Below, in pieces: positions 51,182-60,771 of a stretch of DNA of 64,000 nt. The stretch is from Bacteroidia bacterium (GTDB lineage Bacteria > Bacteroidota > Bacteroidia > NS11-12g > UBA9320). Under the pieces are notes generated by a model that saw nothing but the letters and a program-made list of their open reading frames with translations, ran no database searches and was not told the DNA's origin. Position 1 is the stretch's first letter. Every line of letters begins with the position of its first letter. The stretch spans positions 160,001-224,000 of the forward strand of contig CBDCFW010000004.1 in assembly GCA_965216465.1 (NCBI GenBank), written 5' to 3'. Made by a program: the position numbers and the translations under genes.

Positions 51182-52282
51182 TTGAAACTATCAGTACTCA
51201 AAGAAACCAATTCAGGTGAGACGAGAGTAGCCATTGTTCCTAAGTCGATTTCAAAACTACAAGGCTTAGGATTTGAGGTTATAGTCGAATCTAATGCAGG
51301 TTCAGAAGCAGCTTTTTCAAATGAAGACTATCAAAACGCTGGAGCAAGTATTGCGGCAAATGCTAAAGAAGCAATCGAATCAGCAGATGTCATCATAAAA
51401 GTTAATCCACCATCAGACAGTGACATTGAAAGCCTAAAACAAGGTCAGATTTGGATCTCTCAACTTTTTCATCGTCTAAATGAAGACCTTATGAAAAGAA
51501 TAGAGCAAAAAGGAGTTTCTGCATTCAGCCTCGATGCTATGCCTCGAATTAGTAGAGCTCAAAGCATGGACGTTCTCAGCTCCCAAAGTAACTTGTCAGG
51601 ATATAAATCAGTTATCTGTGGTGCTGACAACTTAGGAAAGATATTTCCAATGTTGATGACTGCCGCAGGTACAATAACTCCTTCTCGCGTACTAATCTTT
51701 GGAGTAGGGGTAGCCGGTCTTCAAGCCATAGCTACAGCCAAACGTTTGGGAGCAATTGTTGAAGCGACAGATGTTCGATTGGAATGTAAAGAACAAACGG
51801 AGTCGTTAGGGGCCAAGTTTATTACGGTAGAAGATGAAGGTGTAAAAACCGAAGGTGGATATGCAAAAGAAGTTACCGAAGAATATCTCGCTAAGCAAAA
51901 GGAGGCAGTAAATAAATCGCTTGCCCAGGCAGATTTGGTAATTACCACTGCCTTAGTACAAGGAGCAAAAGCACCGGTTTTGATTAGCCAAGAGCAAATT
52001 GAGATGATGAAAAACGGTTCAGTAATCGTAGACATGGCTGTTGCAAAAGGCGGAAACACTGCATTGAGCAAAGCAGATGAGACCGTTGAGCATAAGGGAG
52101 TTAAAATTGTTGGAGTGAGCAACTTCCCAGCACAAATACCAACTAATGCAAGCGAGTTGTTGAGTAGAAATATTGACACATTCTTAGCTCATTTGGTAGA
52201 AGAAGGAAGCTTCAAATGGGATATGGAAGATGAGATTACAACAGGAACATTAATAGTAAATCAAAACGCAGTTACTGCTTAA
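51182..52282 (+). CDS. pntA: NAD(P) transhydrogenase alpha subunit, soluble part
   Basis: ETRVA, PRISRAQSMDVLSSQ, G.GVAGLQAI, GGYAK. Confidence 0.95.
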   Translation: MKLSVLKETNSGETRVAIVPKSISKLQGLGFEVIVESNAGSEAAFSNEDYQNAGASIAANAKEAIESADVIIKVNPPSDSDIESLKQGQIWISQLFHRLNEDLMKRIEQKGVSAFSLDAMPRISRAQSMDVLSSQSNLSGYKSVICGADNLGKIFPMLMTAAGTITPSRVLIFGVGVAGLQAIATAKRLGAIVEATDVRLECKEQTESLGAKFITVEDEGVKTEGGYAKEVTEEYLAKQKEAVNKSLAQADLVITTALVQGAKAPVLISQEQIEMMKNGSVIVDMAVAKGGNTALSKADETVEHKGVKIVGVSNFPAQIPTNASELLSRNIDTFLAHLVEEGSFKWDMEDEITTGTLIVNQNAVTA

Positions 52283-52285
52283 AAT

Positions 52286-52594
52286 ATGAACGAATTTATT
52301 GAATTTTTTACCACCAATAAAGAGATGATATTTATTGTCATTCTGATGGTGTTTGTGGGAGTAGAAGTTATTGGAAATGTACCCGCCGTGCTTCACACGC
52401 CACTAATGTCGGGAGCAAATGCCATTCACGGTGTTGTAATCGTAGGGGCTATTATAGTAATGTTAAATGCCGAACCTGATAATATTTTAGCAATGTCACT
52501 CGGTTTTGTGGCCGTGTTTTTGGGAACCCTGAACGTTGTTGGGGGCTTTGTGGTTACTGATCGAATGTTGGAAATGTTTAAAAAGAAGAAGTAA
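52286..52594 (+). CDS. NAD(P) transhydrogenase alpha subunit, membrane part
   Basis: VPAVLHTPLMSGANAIHG, NVVGGF.VT.RML.MF. Confidence 0.95.
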   Translation: MNEFIEFFTTNKEMIFIVILMVFVGVEVIGNVPAVLHTPLMSGANAIHGVVIVGAIIVMLNAEPDNILAMSLGFVAVFLGTLNVVGGFVVTDRMLEMFKKKK

Positions 52595-53982
52595 TGAGTT
52601 TCGATATTATACACATCATTTATTTACTGGCCTCAGTTACGTTTATTCTAGGGCTAAAAATGCTAAGTAACCCGAAAACGGCAAGAAACGGAAATTTACT
52701 AGCTGCGGCAGGTATGGTAGCAGCTATTGTTGCAACCATCGTTTTTCATGAAGGAACAGTTAGTTCAACAGTTTACTACTTAATCTTTGGAGCAATTGCT
52801 TTGGGAACTATAGTAGGTTGGTTAACAGCCAAACGCGTACAAATGACTAAGATGCCAGAACTTGTTTCTCTCTTCAATGGTATGGGAGGTGCATGTGCCG
52901 GATTAATTGGACTTATAGAATTTCCAGAAATAGCAGCTCATCACCCCGAAAAACTTGGAATAGTACTTTCAGGTATGGTGATTGGATCAGTTTCTTTCAG
53001 TGGAAGTATGATTGCCTGGGCTAAACTTAATGGTACATTAAGAAAAGCCATCCGACTGCCTAAGTACAATATTTTAAACACGATTTTATTGCTAGGTTTA
53101 GTTGCTTATGCCGTTTGGATTTCAGTTACTGGAAGTACAGATACTATGCACGTGTACTTGCTCTTTACTCTTGCACTTGTTTATGGTGTAATGTTCGTAG
53201 TTCCAATTGGAGGTGCAGACATGCCAGTTGTTATTTCGTTACTTAATTCATTTACAGGATTAGCAGCTGCTTTTGGCGGCTTCTTATACGGAAACCAAGT
53301 CATGCTAACCGGAGGTATTTTGGTAGGTTCTGCGGGTACCTTACTTACCTTGGTGATGTGTAAGGCGATGAATAGACCATTACAAAATGTAATTTTTGGT
53401 GCCTTTGGAGATGGTGCCGCGGCTGCATCAAGTGATGGACCTCAAGGAACAATTACCGAAGTTGGTCCGAGCGATTTAGCCGTTCAAATGAACTACAGCA
53501 GCAAGATTTTAATTGTTCCTGGTTATGGACTTGCGGTGGCTCAAGCACAACACGTAATTAAAGAATTAGAGCAAATCTTAGAAGAAAGAGGAGTTGAAGT
53601 GGCCTATGCCATACACCCAGTGGCAGGACGTATGCCAGGACATATGAACGTATTGCTTGCAGAAAGTAATGTTGAATACGATAAGTTGAAAGAAATGGAA
53701 GATGTAAACCCAGAGTTCGCTCAAACCGATGTCGTACTTGTTGTAGGAGCCAATGATGTGGTTAACCCCGCTGCGAAAACCGACCCTGCAAGCCCTATTT
53801 ATGGAATGCCAATTCTTGAAGTAGAGAATGCCAAAAATGTTGTAGTCAACAAACGGAGTATGAATGCAGGTTACGCAGGTATTCAAAATGAACTTTTCTT
53901 TAGAGATAAGACAAGTATGTTGTTTGGTGATGCCAAGAAAGTGCTGACCGATTTAGTAAGCGAATTGAAGGCCTTGAGTTAA
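52594..53982 (+). CDS. pntB: NAD(P) transhydrogenase beta subunit
   Basis: GGADMPVVISLLNS, PGYG.AVAQAQ, HPVAGRMPGHMNVLLAE. Confidence 0.97.
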   Translation: MSFDIIHIIYLLASVTFILGLKMLSNPKTARNGNLLAAAGMVAAIVATIVFHEGTVSSTVYYLIFGAIALGTIVGWLTAKRVQMTKMPELVSLFNGMGGACAGLIGLIEFPEIAAHHPEKLGIVLSGMVIGSVSFSGSMIAWAKLNGTLRKAIRLPKYNILNTILLLGLVAYAVWISVTGSTDTMHVYLLFTLALVYGVMFVVPIGGADMPVVISLLNSFTGLAAAFGGFLYGNQVMLTGGILVGSAGTLLTLVMCKAMNRPLQNVIFGAFGDGAAAASSDGPQGTITEVGPSDLAVQMNYSSKILIVPGYGLAVAQAQHVIKELEQILEERGVEVAYAIHPVAGRMPGHMNVLLAESNVEYDKLKEMEDVNPEFAQTDVVLVVGANDVVNPAAKTDPASPIYGMPILEVENAKNVVVNKRSMNAGYAGIQNELFFRDKTSMLFGDAKKVLTDLVSELKALS

Positions 53983-54099
53983 GCCATCAATGTTGCTCAT
54001 TTGCTAAATAGGGTTCTTTAATCTAAAAAATATTTCTGTCGTTTTCCGACCATAATTGGTCGTTAATTTTTGATAATGTGGTATTTGAGTTACTATATT

Positions 54100-55002
54100 A
54101 TGGGTATGACAGATTTACAAACTTTACTGATTTGGGGTGTACCCATTCTAATTATCCTTTTACTTTCATTCTTTACGATAAAGCAGCAAACGGCGGCAAT
54201 TATTGAACGATTTGGTAAGTATCAAAGCACAAGACGTGCTGGTTTACAAATGAAGATTCCTGTAATCGATAAGATAGCAGGAAAGATTTCGCTAAAAATT
54301 CAGCAATTGGATGTAATTGTTGAAACTAAAACCAGCGACGATGTTTTTGTGAAAACAAAAGTATCCGTACAATACGTAATTATTCCTTCACAGGTTTATG
54401 ACGCCTTTTATAGACTCGATGATCCAATGGCTCAAATTACCTCCTACGTTTTTGACGTGGTAAGAGCTGAGGTTCCTAAGATGAAGTTAGACGACGTCTT
54501 TGAAAGAAAAGACGATATCGCCATAGCCATAAAAAGTGAACTTTCAGGTGCAATGCAGTCGTATGGCTACGACATTGTAAAAGCCTTGGTAACTGATATT
54601 GATCCTGCAGAAGAGGTTAAAGTTGCCATGAACCGTATTAACGCTTCTGAGCGTGAGAAAGTGGCTGCTGAATACGAGTCGGAAGCTGAACGTATCAGAA
54701 TTGTTGCGAAAGCAAAAGCCGAGGCAGAAAGCAAGCGTTTGCAAGGACAAGGTATTGCAGACCAACGTAGAGAGATTGCTCGCGGACTTGAAGAGAGTGT
54801 TAATCAGCTCAACAAAGCTGGAATCAATCCTAATGAGGCTTCATCTCTGATTGTAATTACCCAGCATTACGATACACTTCATTCTATAGGTGCTAGCAAT
54901 AAGAGTAACTTAGTATTATTGCCAAATTCGCCCGCAGCAGCGAACGACATGCTCAATAATATGGTAGCAGCTCTTACAGCGACAAATAAGATGGCTAAGT
55001 AG
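54100..55002 (+). CDS. SPFH/band 7 domain protein
   Basis: N-terminal TM, ERFGK, ETKT.D.VFV, DVVR..VP, ITQHYDTL. Start at 54100 or 54106. Confidence 0.92.
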   Translation: MGMTDLQTLLIWGVPILIILLLSFFTIKQQTAAIIERFGKYQSTRRAGLQMKIPVIDKIAGKISLKIQQLDVIVETKTSDDVFVKTKVSVQYVIIPSQVYDAFYRLDDPMAQITSYVFDVVRAEVPKMKLDDVFERKDDIAIAIKSELSGAMQSYGYDIVKALVTDIDPAEEVKVAMNRINASEREKVAAEYESEAERIRIVAKAKAEAESKRLQGQGIADQRREIARGLEESVNQLNKAGINPNEASSLIVITQHYDTLHSIGASNKSNLVLLPNSPAAANDMLNNMVAALTATNKMAK

Positions 55003-55023
55003 AAATACAAAATCCAGACTTAC

Positions 55024-55056
55024 AACTCCAATAATTCTTTATTGGAGTTTTTTTTT
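55024..55056 (+). terminator. Intrinsic terminator
   Basis: AACTCCAATAA-ttct-TTATTGGAGTT followed by a T run. Confidence 0.85.
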
Positions 55057-55109
55057 GTTAAGTATGAGCGTGCAGCCATTTAAATTTTACATTTGACACT
55101 CGAATCGTT

Positions 55110-55787
55110 TTGAACAACTTATTTTACACCAGTCAAATCAAGAATCAGAAGATTTTTTTGGAAGGACAAGAAGCCGCACATTGTGCTTTAGTTCTCCGCA
55201 AAAAGCCTGGAGATATAATCTATGCATTAGATGGCAACGGCAATCAATACAAGTGTGGAATTGATTCAGTTTCAAAGCGAGGAGTTGAATGCTCAATTAT
55301 AAGTTCAGAGTTTAAGGAAGGCACTGAGCAACTTACTCTGGCAATTGCACCAACTAAGAATAGAGATCGGTTAGAGTGGATGGTCGAAAAACTCGTTGAA
55401 ATAGGAGTTGCTCAAATCATCTTGATGCATACTTCCAATACGGAACGTAGCAGAACAAATCTTGAACGTTTAGAAAAGAAAGCGATCTCTGCGACTAAAC
55501 AAAGTCTTCGATTTTATATCCCAAGTATTGTAGAAATGTCGTTTGATGACGTAATTGCATTAGACTTTCAATACAAATACATTGCACATTGTTTTGATAG
55601 TCAGCCGAAGTCTAAAGAGATGCATAACGACACCAAAACGCTCTTACTAATTGGTCCAGAAGGCGATTTTAGCAATACTGAGATTGAAAAGGCATTTGAA
55701 GCGGGATTTTTAGGACTTGATCTTGGAGAATTTAGACTTAGAACAGAAACAGCTGCGATTGTAGCCGCAGCCAGATATCAAAATTGA
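55110..55787 (+). CDS. rsmE: 16S rRNA m3U1498 methyltransferase
   Basis: H...VLR, EK.VEIG, IGPEGDF, LG..RLRTETAA; TACATTTG box at 55088. Confidence 0.95.
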   Translation: MNNLFYTSQIKNQKIFLEGQEAAHCALVLRKKPGDIIYALDGNGNQYKCGIDSVSKRGVECSIISSEFKEGTEQLTLAIAPTKNRDRLEWMVEKLVEIGVAQIILMHTSNTERSRTNLERLEKKAISATKQSLRFYIPSIVEMSFDDVIALDFQYKYIAHCFDSQPKSKEMHNDTKTLLLIGPEGDFSNTEIEKAFEAGFLGLDLGEFRLRTETAAIVAAARYQN

Positions 55788-56458
55788 ATAAAGAACGTTA
55801 TACTTACGTGAGATACTTTTTAATCATATTCGTTTCTTTAATGCTGACCAGCTTTACTACGGAGCATAGTGTTAAGATAGCAAAGATGAAATACTATGGA
55901 GGTGGAGATTGGTATAGTAATCGTACCGCCTTACCAAATCTTGCAAAGTTTTGCAACGAGAACTTGGGCACAGATATTAACCCACAAGATGAGGTAGTTG
56001 AACCTGGAAGTAAAGAGATTTTCAACTACAGCTATGTGTACCTCACGGGCCATGGTAATGTTGTTTTTAGCAATGAAGAAGCCCAAAATCTTAGAGCCTA
56101 TCTTTTGGCAGGAGGATTCTTACACATTGACGATAACTATGGTCTAGACAAATACATCCGTCCAGAAATGAAAAAGGTATTTCCTGAACTCGAGTTTGTA
56201 GAATTGCCTTTTAGTCACGAGATCTACAATCAGAAGTATAGTTTTCCTAAGGGGCTTCCAAAAATCCATGAACACGATGGCAAGGCTCCGCAAGGATTTG
56301 GTTTGATCTATAAAGGAAGATTAGTTTGTTTTTACGATTATGAGTGCGATTTAGGAAACGGCTGGGAAGATGCCGGCATTTATAACGATAGCGAAGAAAT
56401 TCGAACCAAAGCGTTACAAATGGGAGCAAACATTATTCAATACGCTTTTAGCCACTAG
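55784..56458 (+). CDS. DUF4159 domain protein
   Basis: GGGDWY, TGHG, GGFLHIDDNYG, GLPKIHEHD, DLGNGWED. Confidence 0.88.
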   Translation: MNKERYTYVRYFLIIFVSLMLTSFTTEHSVKIAKMKYYGGGDWYSNRTALPNLAKFCNENLGTDINPQDEVVEPGSKEIFNYSYVYLTGHGNVVFSNEEAQNLRAYLLAGGFLHIDDNYGLDKYIRPEMKKVFPELEFVELPFSHEIYNQKYSFPKGLPKIHEHDGKAPQGFGLIYKGRLVCFYDYECDLGNGWEDAGIYNDSEEIRTKALQMGANIIQYAFSH

Positions 56459-58929
56459 TCAAGAAACAACTCAATATAACTGCACTCTGTAGTAGCATTT
56501 TTATACGTTGTTGTTTCATAAAATTCTTCCTTAAACTTTTTAAGAAAAGGATTGGTTAGACTATGATACGTGTATGAATCGTATTCAACTCCATCTACAT
56601 CAATCAATACCCATTCTCTCCAAGTAAAATCACCGTGGTCTACCAGTTCCGAATCGTTAATTGGTGCTCTGGATTGATGACATCGAGCCAATAGAAAGCA
56701 GGCCATGGCTTTAGCTTCTTGATTTTCTAAATTTTCATACGCCAGCTGCAGGTACTTCTCAGCAGTATAGAGATTGTAGTAATCAAATGCATCCCTGTAT
56801 GGTGTGAACTTGAAAGTTTTAAAAGGATAAGTGAACCAAGCATGAGCCTCAAATTCAGTTACATCGTAGTAAAATACTTTGTGATTGTAATCCGTATTTA
56901 AATGATAGCTTAGCCCGCTATCATCGGAAATAGAGTTGTGACCATGACCAGAACTGCTAAATAAGTACATGCCATAGTTAAGGAAGTCTTGACCTTTAGC
57001 TAACTCCCCATTTGCTTTATTCTTGAGTTTTTGTCCTAAGTCAAGGTAGGCATCCAAACTCATAAATGGTCGTGTTGAATCAATTGCAATTGGATGACGA
57101 TAGCCATCGTAATGCATTATAAATGGACTGTAATAATTTCGCGTTTTAGTATAAGTAGTATTGGAGGAAATTGCATTTTTTGCTTTTATCCAGTTTTGGT
57201 CTCTTACGTGTTTGTAGAATTCGAGGTGGCCTTCTTTCTGGCTTTCTACCATAACCTTTATTCCATTATGCAAAAACCATTTTAAAATATTCGATTCAGA
57301 TCGTTTTATTCTTGATTTCATAGTTAAGAACTCATCTGTTTTAACCGTGTAATTTAGCAATGCCGAGGCAACCATCGACTCAGATATTTTTACTGATTTT
57401 GTACTACCATAGTGATCTGCATAAGCCCATAGTACAAGAGCGTCTAACGGTTTATTCGCTTTATTGTACAAATGAGGAGCGATGAAGTCATGAATCAAAA
57501 ACTTCAATTTGTGATGGTTTACATGATCCTCTTTATAGGCTTCTGTGAAGGTTAATATTTCAGCGATTCGGTCGTCGGAAACAACACTTTTTTCTCGAAT
57601 CATGAGCAGCATACGGTTAATTTTTAGCTGTCGTGTATTTTTTAATCCTGTAAAGTTGGCCACGTTCAGAAGCTCGGGTTCAACATTATGGCCTAGCAGA
57701 ATTTTCATGTATGCTTCACCATTCATTAGCATCTGCTTTGTTGCAGAAGAAAGTGGCTTTGTTCTCAGCTTGGCAGTAACTTCAAGAAATTGCTCCATGT
57801 TGTAATCATGGTCATCGTTATTTGAGAATTCATACTTGCTGTACTTAGATAAAAAGTCGGATGACTCCAGATGAGCCTGCAGGCTAAAAAATTCAATTTT
57901 TTGCAATTCTCGTGTCCAAATAAACCGCAGAATACGTTCATCTTTTAGCTCTAGAAGTTCGTTGTAAAATGCTTCAGTCGAAGCATCATGCTGTACAGCA
58001 GAATAGCCCACAAGAACATCAATCTTTTCTTGATCATTTCTAGAATGCTTAAGTGCAGATTGTAAGTCAATATCATCACCCAACCAATTCAAATCAATGT
58101 ACGTTTGAAAGTGTGATTCGCTGCCTCTGTTAAATCTTTTGGCATAAAGAACAAAAGCCTTGTTTGGGTCTCCAAATCGAGCTTCAAGTCCAGCCTCTAA
58201 ACCCATTAACCACTCCTGAATAATTGAAGATTTAAAGGGTTTTTGGTTGGGTTTAGCGTAGGTTTTAAAATAGCTGTTGGCCAATTCATAATCCTTGTTA
58301 AAGTATGCACTTCGAACAAGATGATAAGCCAATCTTTCTTTTAAAAAAACACTAAGTCTATCTTTTCTAGCGGTTAGCTTATTGTACAGATTAATGCTTA
58401 ATTTTTGATTTTCATTTAGCTTATCGTCGTCAGCTTTACCTACGTGATATGCATAATTCCACTCATCTGTAAATCTACTTGAGCGATATGAATAATCTTG
58501 AATGAGATAAACATAAGTAAGTAAATCTTCATCGTTATAAAGGGTTTTGTACAGCGAGATATTAGAAGAAGTTTTAATATCGGAAATCGGTAGCTTTTTC
58601 TTTTTGCCTTTGTGCAGTTTTATCAGATCGAGTAGATGATTTCCATATACCAAATTACTGACTTCATCAGTTTTGCTTTCAGCTTTCAGAATTCTAGCCC
58701 ACTCTAGTATATTTTTAGATGGGTCATTCTCATCATCTTCATAATACGGATTACCATAGGTAAACGTGTAAGGTTCAAACTGGTATTGAAACAAAAAGTC
58801 GCTTTCTTGAATAGGATTGATAAACAAGCTAAAAGTTTCGATGTCAGACAAAGACATTCCGCAGCTAAAGCTTAAGTGTGTTATGATTAACGAAAGAGCA
58901 ACAGTTATGTATCTAATCCAATATTTCAT
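56455..58929 (-). CDS. Large exported alpha-helical (TPR-like) hypothetical protein
   Basis: Signal peptide ending SFS-C; helical motifs RLAYHLVRSAY and AMACFLLARC; C-terminal ECSY. Overlaps the upstream gene by 17 nt. Confidence 0.75.
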   Translation of the reverse strand: MKYWIRYITVALSLIITHLSFSCGMSLSDIETFSLFINPIQESDFLFQYQFEPYTFTYGNPYYEDDENDPSKNILEWARILKAESKTDEVSNLVYGNHLLDLIKLHKGKKKKLPISDIKTSSNISLYKTLYNDEDLLTYVYLIQDYSYRSSRFTDEWNYAYHVGKADDDKLNENQKLSINLYNKLTARKDRLSVFLKERLAYHLVRSAYFNKDYELANSYFKTYAKPNQKPFKSSIIQEWLMGLEAGLEARFGDPNKAFVLYAKRFNRGSESHFQTYIDLNWLGDDIDLQSALKHSRNDQEKIDVLVGYSAVQHDASTEAFYNELLELKDERILRFIWTRELQKIEFFSLQAHLESSDFLSKYSKYEFSNNDDHDYNMEQFLEVTAKLRTKPLSSATKQMLMNGEAYMKILLGHNVEPELLNVANFTGLKNTRQLKINRMLLMIREKSVVSDDRIAEILTFTEAYKEDHVNHHKLKFLIHDFIAPHLYNKANKPLDALVLWAYADHYGSTKSVKISESMVASALLNYTVKTDEFLTMKSRIKRSESNILKWFLHNGIKVMVESQKEGHLEFYKHVRDQNWIKAKNAISSNTTYTKTRNYYSPFIMHYDGYRHPIAIDSTRPFMSLDAYLDLGQKLKNKANGELAKGQDFLNYGMYLFSSSGHGHNSISDDSGLSYHLNTDYNHKVFYYDVTEFEAHAWFTYPFKTFKFTPYRDAFDYYNLYTAEKYLQLAYENLENQEAKAMACFLLARCHQSRAPINDSELVDHGDFTWREWVLIDVDGVEYDSYTYHSLTNPFLKKFKEEFYETTTYKNATTECSYIELFLD

Positions 58930-59917
58930 TGTCGAAGTTTTTTAGTGAGTTTTCGTTTAGGTCGAAGAATATTAATTCTCCAGTCCAGGTTTTTAAATTC
59001 TTTTTTAAAAGTTTCATTGAGGCTTGTAGATCCTCTTCGGTAGTCGACTCAAATCGAACAACATCGTTTACTTTAATTTTAGGGTTCTTCCAAGAATAAG
59101 TGGCACAGCGATATCGATTGTTATCTAATTTTTCAAAATATTTTGATAACTCAGAGTCATCGACGTGAGTTATTCCAACAAATTCATCCTTTTGGTAGAC
59201 TAAATGCCAATTAAATATAGGCAAGGCTATAGCTAGCGGTATGTTGTTGTACGAAGTCGGTTTATTTAGGTATTGTTGAATTACCTTTTCATCAAAAATA
59301 GAATTGTGTGCTTCAATACTTTTCAGGTTACCCATGTTATAACACATTAAAACACCATAGTCGATAGGTGGAATTCCCGTTTTTTCGGGGTATTTAATTT
59401 GATGAAGTCGAATGGTTGCAGAAATAGTAAGCTCACTTACTCGCTTCAATTCTTCTAAAAAGTAGAAAAATGCCTCTGCAGTGCTAGCTGTCCAATCGCA
59501 GTCAATTTGAACTTCCGTTACACTTAGATTCTTGTATTCCCAACTTGTAGTAACTAGCCTTAAAAGATTATCGGCAAGTTGAGTTAATTCTTCTTTCGAG
59601 CGACCACTTTGTAAGCTCAAATTTTTGAAAACTTCATTCTTAATATACACTACAGGAACATAGTTTACTTCTTGCACCGGTTCATCATTCCATTGAATAA
59701 CATTCTGCGGGGAAGCAGTATTTCTATGCGAATTTTCAAGGTCGCATAAGCGGAGGTATATTTTTTTTGAATGGTGGCTTTCTAAAGCTTTTGATTCAAC
59801 AGCCGAGAGAGAATGTGTGGTTCGCCAATAATAAAAGTTCTTTTCTTTGATGCCATTGGTGCAGGAGGCGGTGAATAAGGCGATTCCAAAAACTGCTGCT
59901 AGCGGCTTGAATTTCAT
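58913..59917 (-). CDS. GH18-like TIM-barrel lipoprotein (DUF3142-like), lacking the catalytic Glu
   Basis: Lipobox TASC; FYYW, VPVVYI.N, EVQIDCDWT, SATIRLHQIKY, LMCYNMG, ALPIF.W. Confidence 0.7.
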   Translation of the reverse strand: MKFKPLAAVFGIALFTASCTNGIKEKNFYYWRTTHSLSAVESKALESHHSKKIYLRLCDLENSHRNTASPQNVIQWNDEPVQEVNYVPVVYIKNEVFKNLSLQSGRSKEELTQLADNLLRLVTTSWEYKNLSVTEVQIDCDWTASTAEAFFYFLEELKRVSELTISATIRLHQIKYPEKTGIPPIDYGVLMCYNMGNLKSIEAHNSIFDEKVIQQYLNKPTSYNNIPLAIALPIFNWHLVYQKDEFVGITHVDDSELSKYFEKLDNNRYRCATYSWKNPKIKVNDVVRFESTTEEDLQASMKLLKKNLKTWTGELIFFDLNENSLKNFDNEILD

Positions 59918-59927
59918 GGTCAATGAA

Positions 59928-60692
59928 TCAGTTATTTAATGCTTCTTTCTTTAGTTTATTAGCTAATTCTTCGCCCAAATAATTATCAATGATAAAGTGG
60001 CCAAGATAAATTATTGGAGTCAGCACGACTGCCACCACAAATTTATAAATATAGTTGTTTACACCTACTGCAAAAACTAAAGCCCAGGTCCAATCTGCCC
60101 CCAGTTTAAACGCAATAATTAGAACCACAAAGCTATCGATGAATTGACTGATTAAAGTACTGCCTGTGGCTCGCAACCAAATTTTATTTTCACCCGTAAG
60201 TTTCTTAAGCCGCTGAAAAACCATAACATCAATAAATTGTCCAATTAAAAATGCAACCAATGAACCTAAAATTATCCAAAGACCCTGCCCAAAAACCTTG
60301 GCAAAGGCAAGCTGAAAATTAGGAACTCCATCGGCCTTCACCGACTCCGGCCACCAGTCAGCAGGAGTAGTATGGATGGCTAGGTAAACCATCACAAATG
60401 CATAGGATATTAAGCCAACTGCCATATAAGAAAGAAAGCGTACTCCTTTTTTACCAAAATACTCATTGATGATATCAGTCATTACAAATACTACGGGCCA
60501 TAACACCACGCCGGCTGTGAGATTAAAGCTCATCGTTTCGCCAAAAATGGAGTAGGTCATTGGTTCAAACCCAAAGCTTTTTTCCAGCGAGAAAATCTTC
60601 ACTCCAATAAATTCAGCGATCAAAGCGTTTGCTATAAAGAATCCGCCGAGAATAAAGAATAGCTTGTTTTCTTTCTTGCTGAAAATGTTCAT
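59928..60692 (-). CDS. Queuosine precursor transporter (YhhQ/VUT family)
   Basis: G...WP..F..TDIINEYFG, SLVAFL.GQ..DV, WLR..GST..SQ.IDS. Confidence 0.9.
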   Translation of the reverse strand: MNIFSKKENKLFFILGGFFIANALIAEFIGVKIFSLEKSFGFEPMTYSIFGETMSFNLTAGVVLWPVVFVMTDIINEYFGKKGVRFLSYMAVGLISYAFVMVYLAIHTTPADWWPESVKADGVPNFQLAFAKVFGQGLWIILGSLVAFLIGQFIDVMVFQRLKKLTGENKIWLRATGSTLISQFIDSFVVLIIAFKLGADWTWALVFAVGVNNYIYKFVVAVVLTPIIYLGHFIIDNYLGEELANKLKKEALNN

Positions 60693-60771
60693 TTATTTGA
60701 GTAGTAAATTTGTGGTGTGGAAATATAGGCATAATCATTGAGGTATGACGTTATATCATTGCAACGGAATA

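Noticed and set aside
51182-53982. Split pntA as a possible pseudogene
   Set aside because: The three-gene transhydrogenase arrangement is a well-known natural form, and all motifs are intact.
60693-60771. Possible preQ1 riboswitch upstream of the queuosine-precursor transporter
   Set aside because: The gap is short and shared with a divergent gene; I see no preQ1 stem-loop with an A-rich tail.
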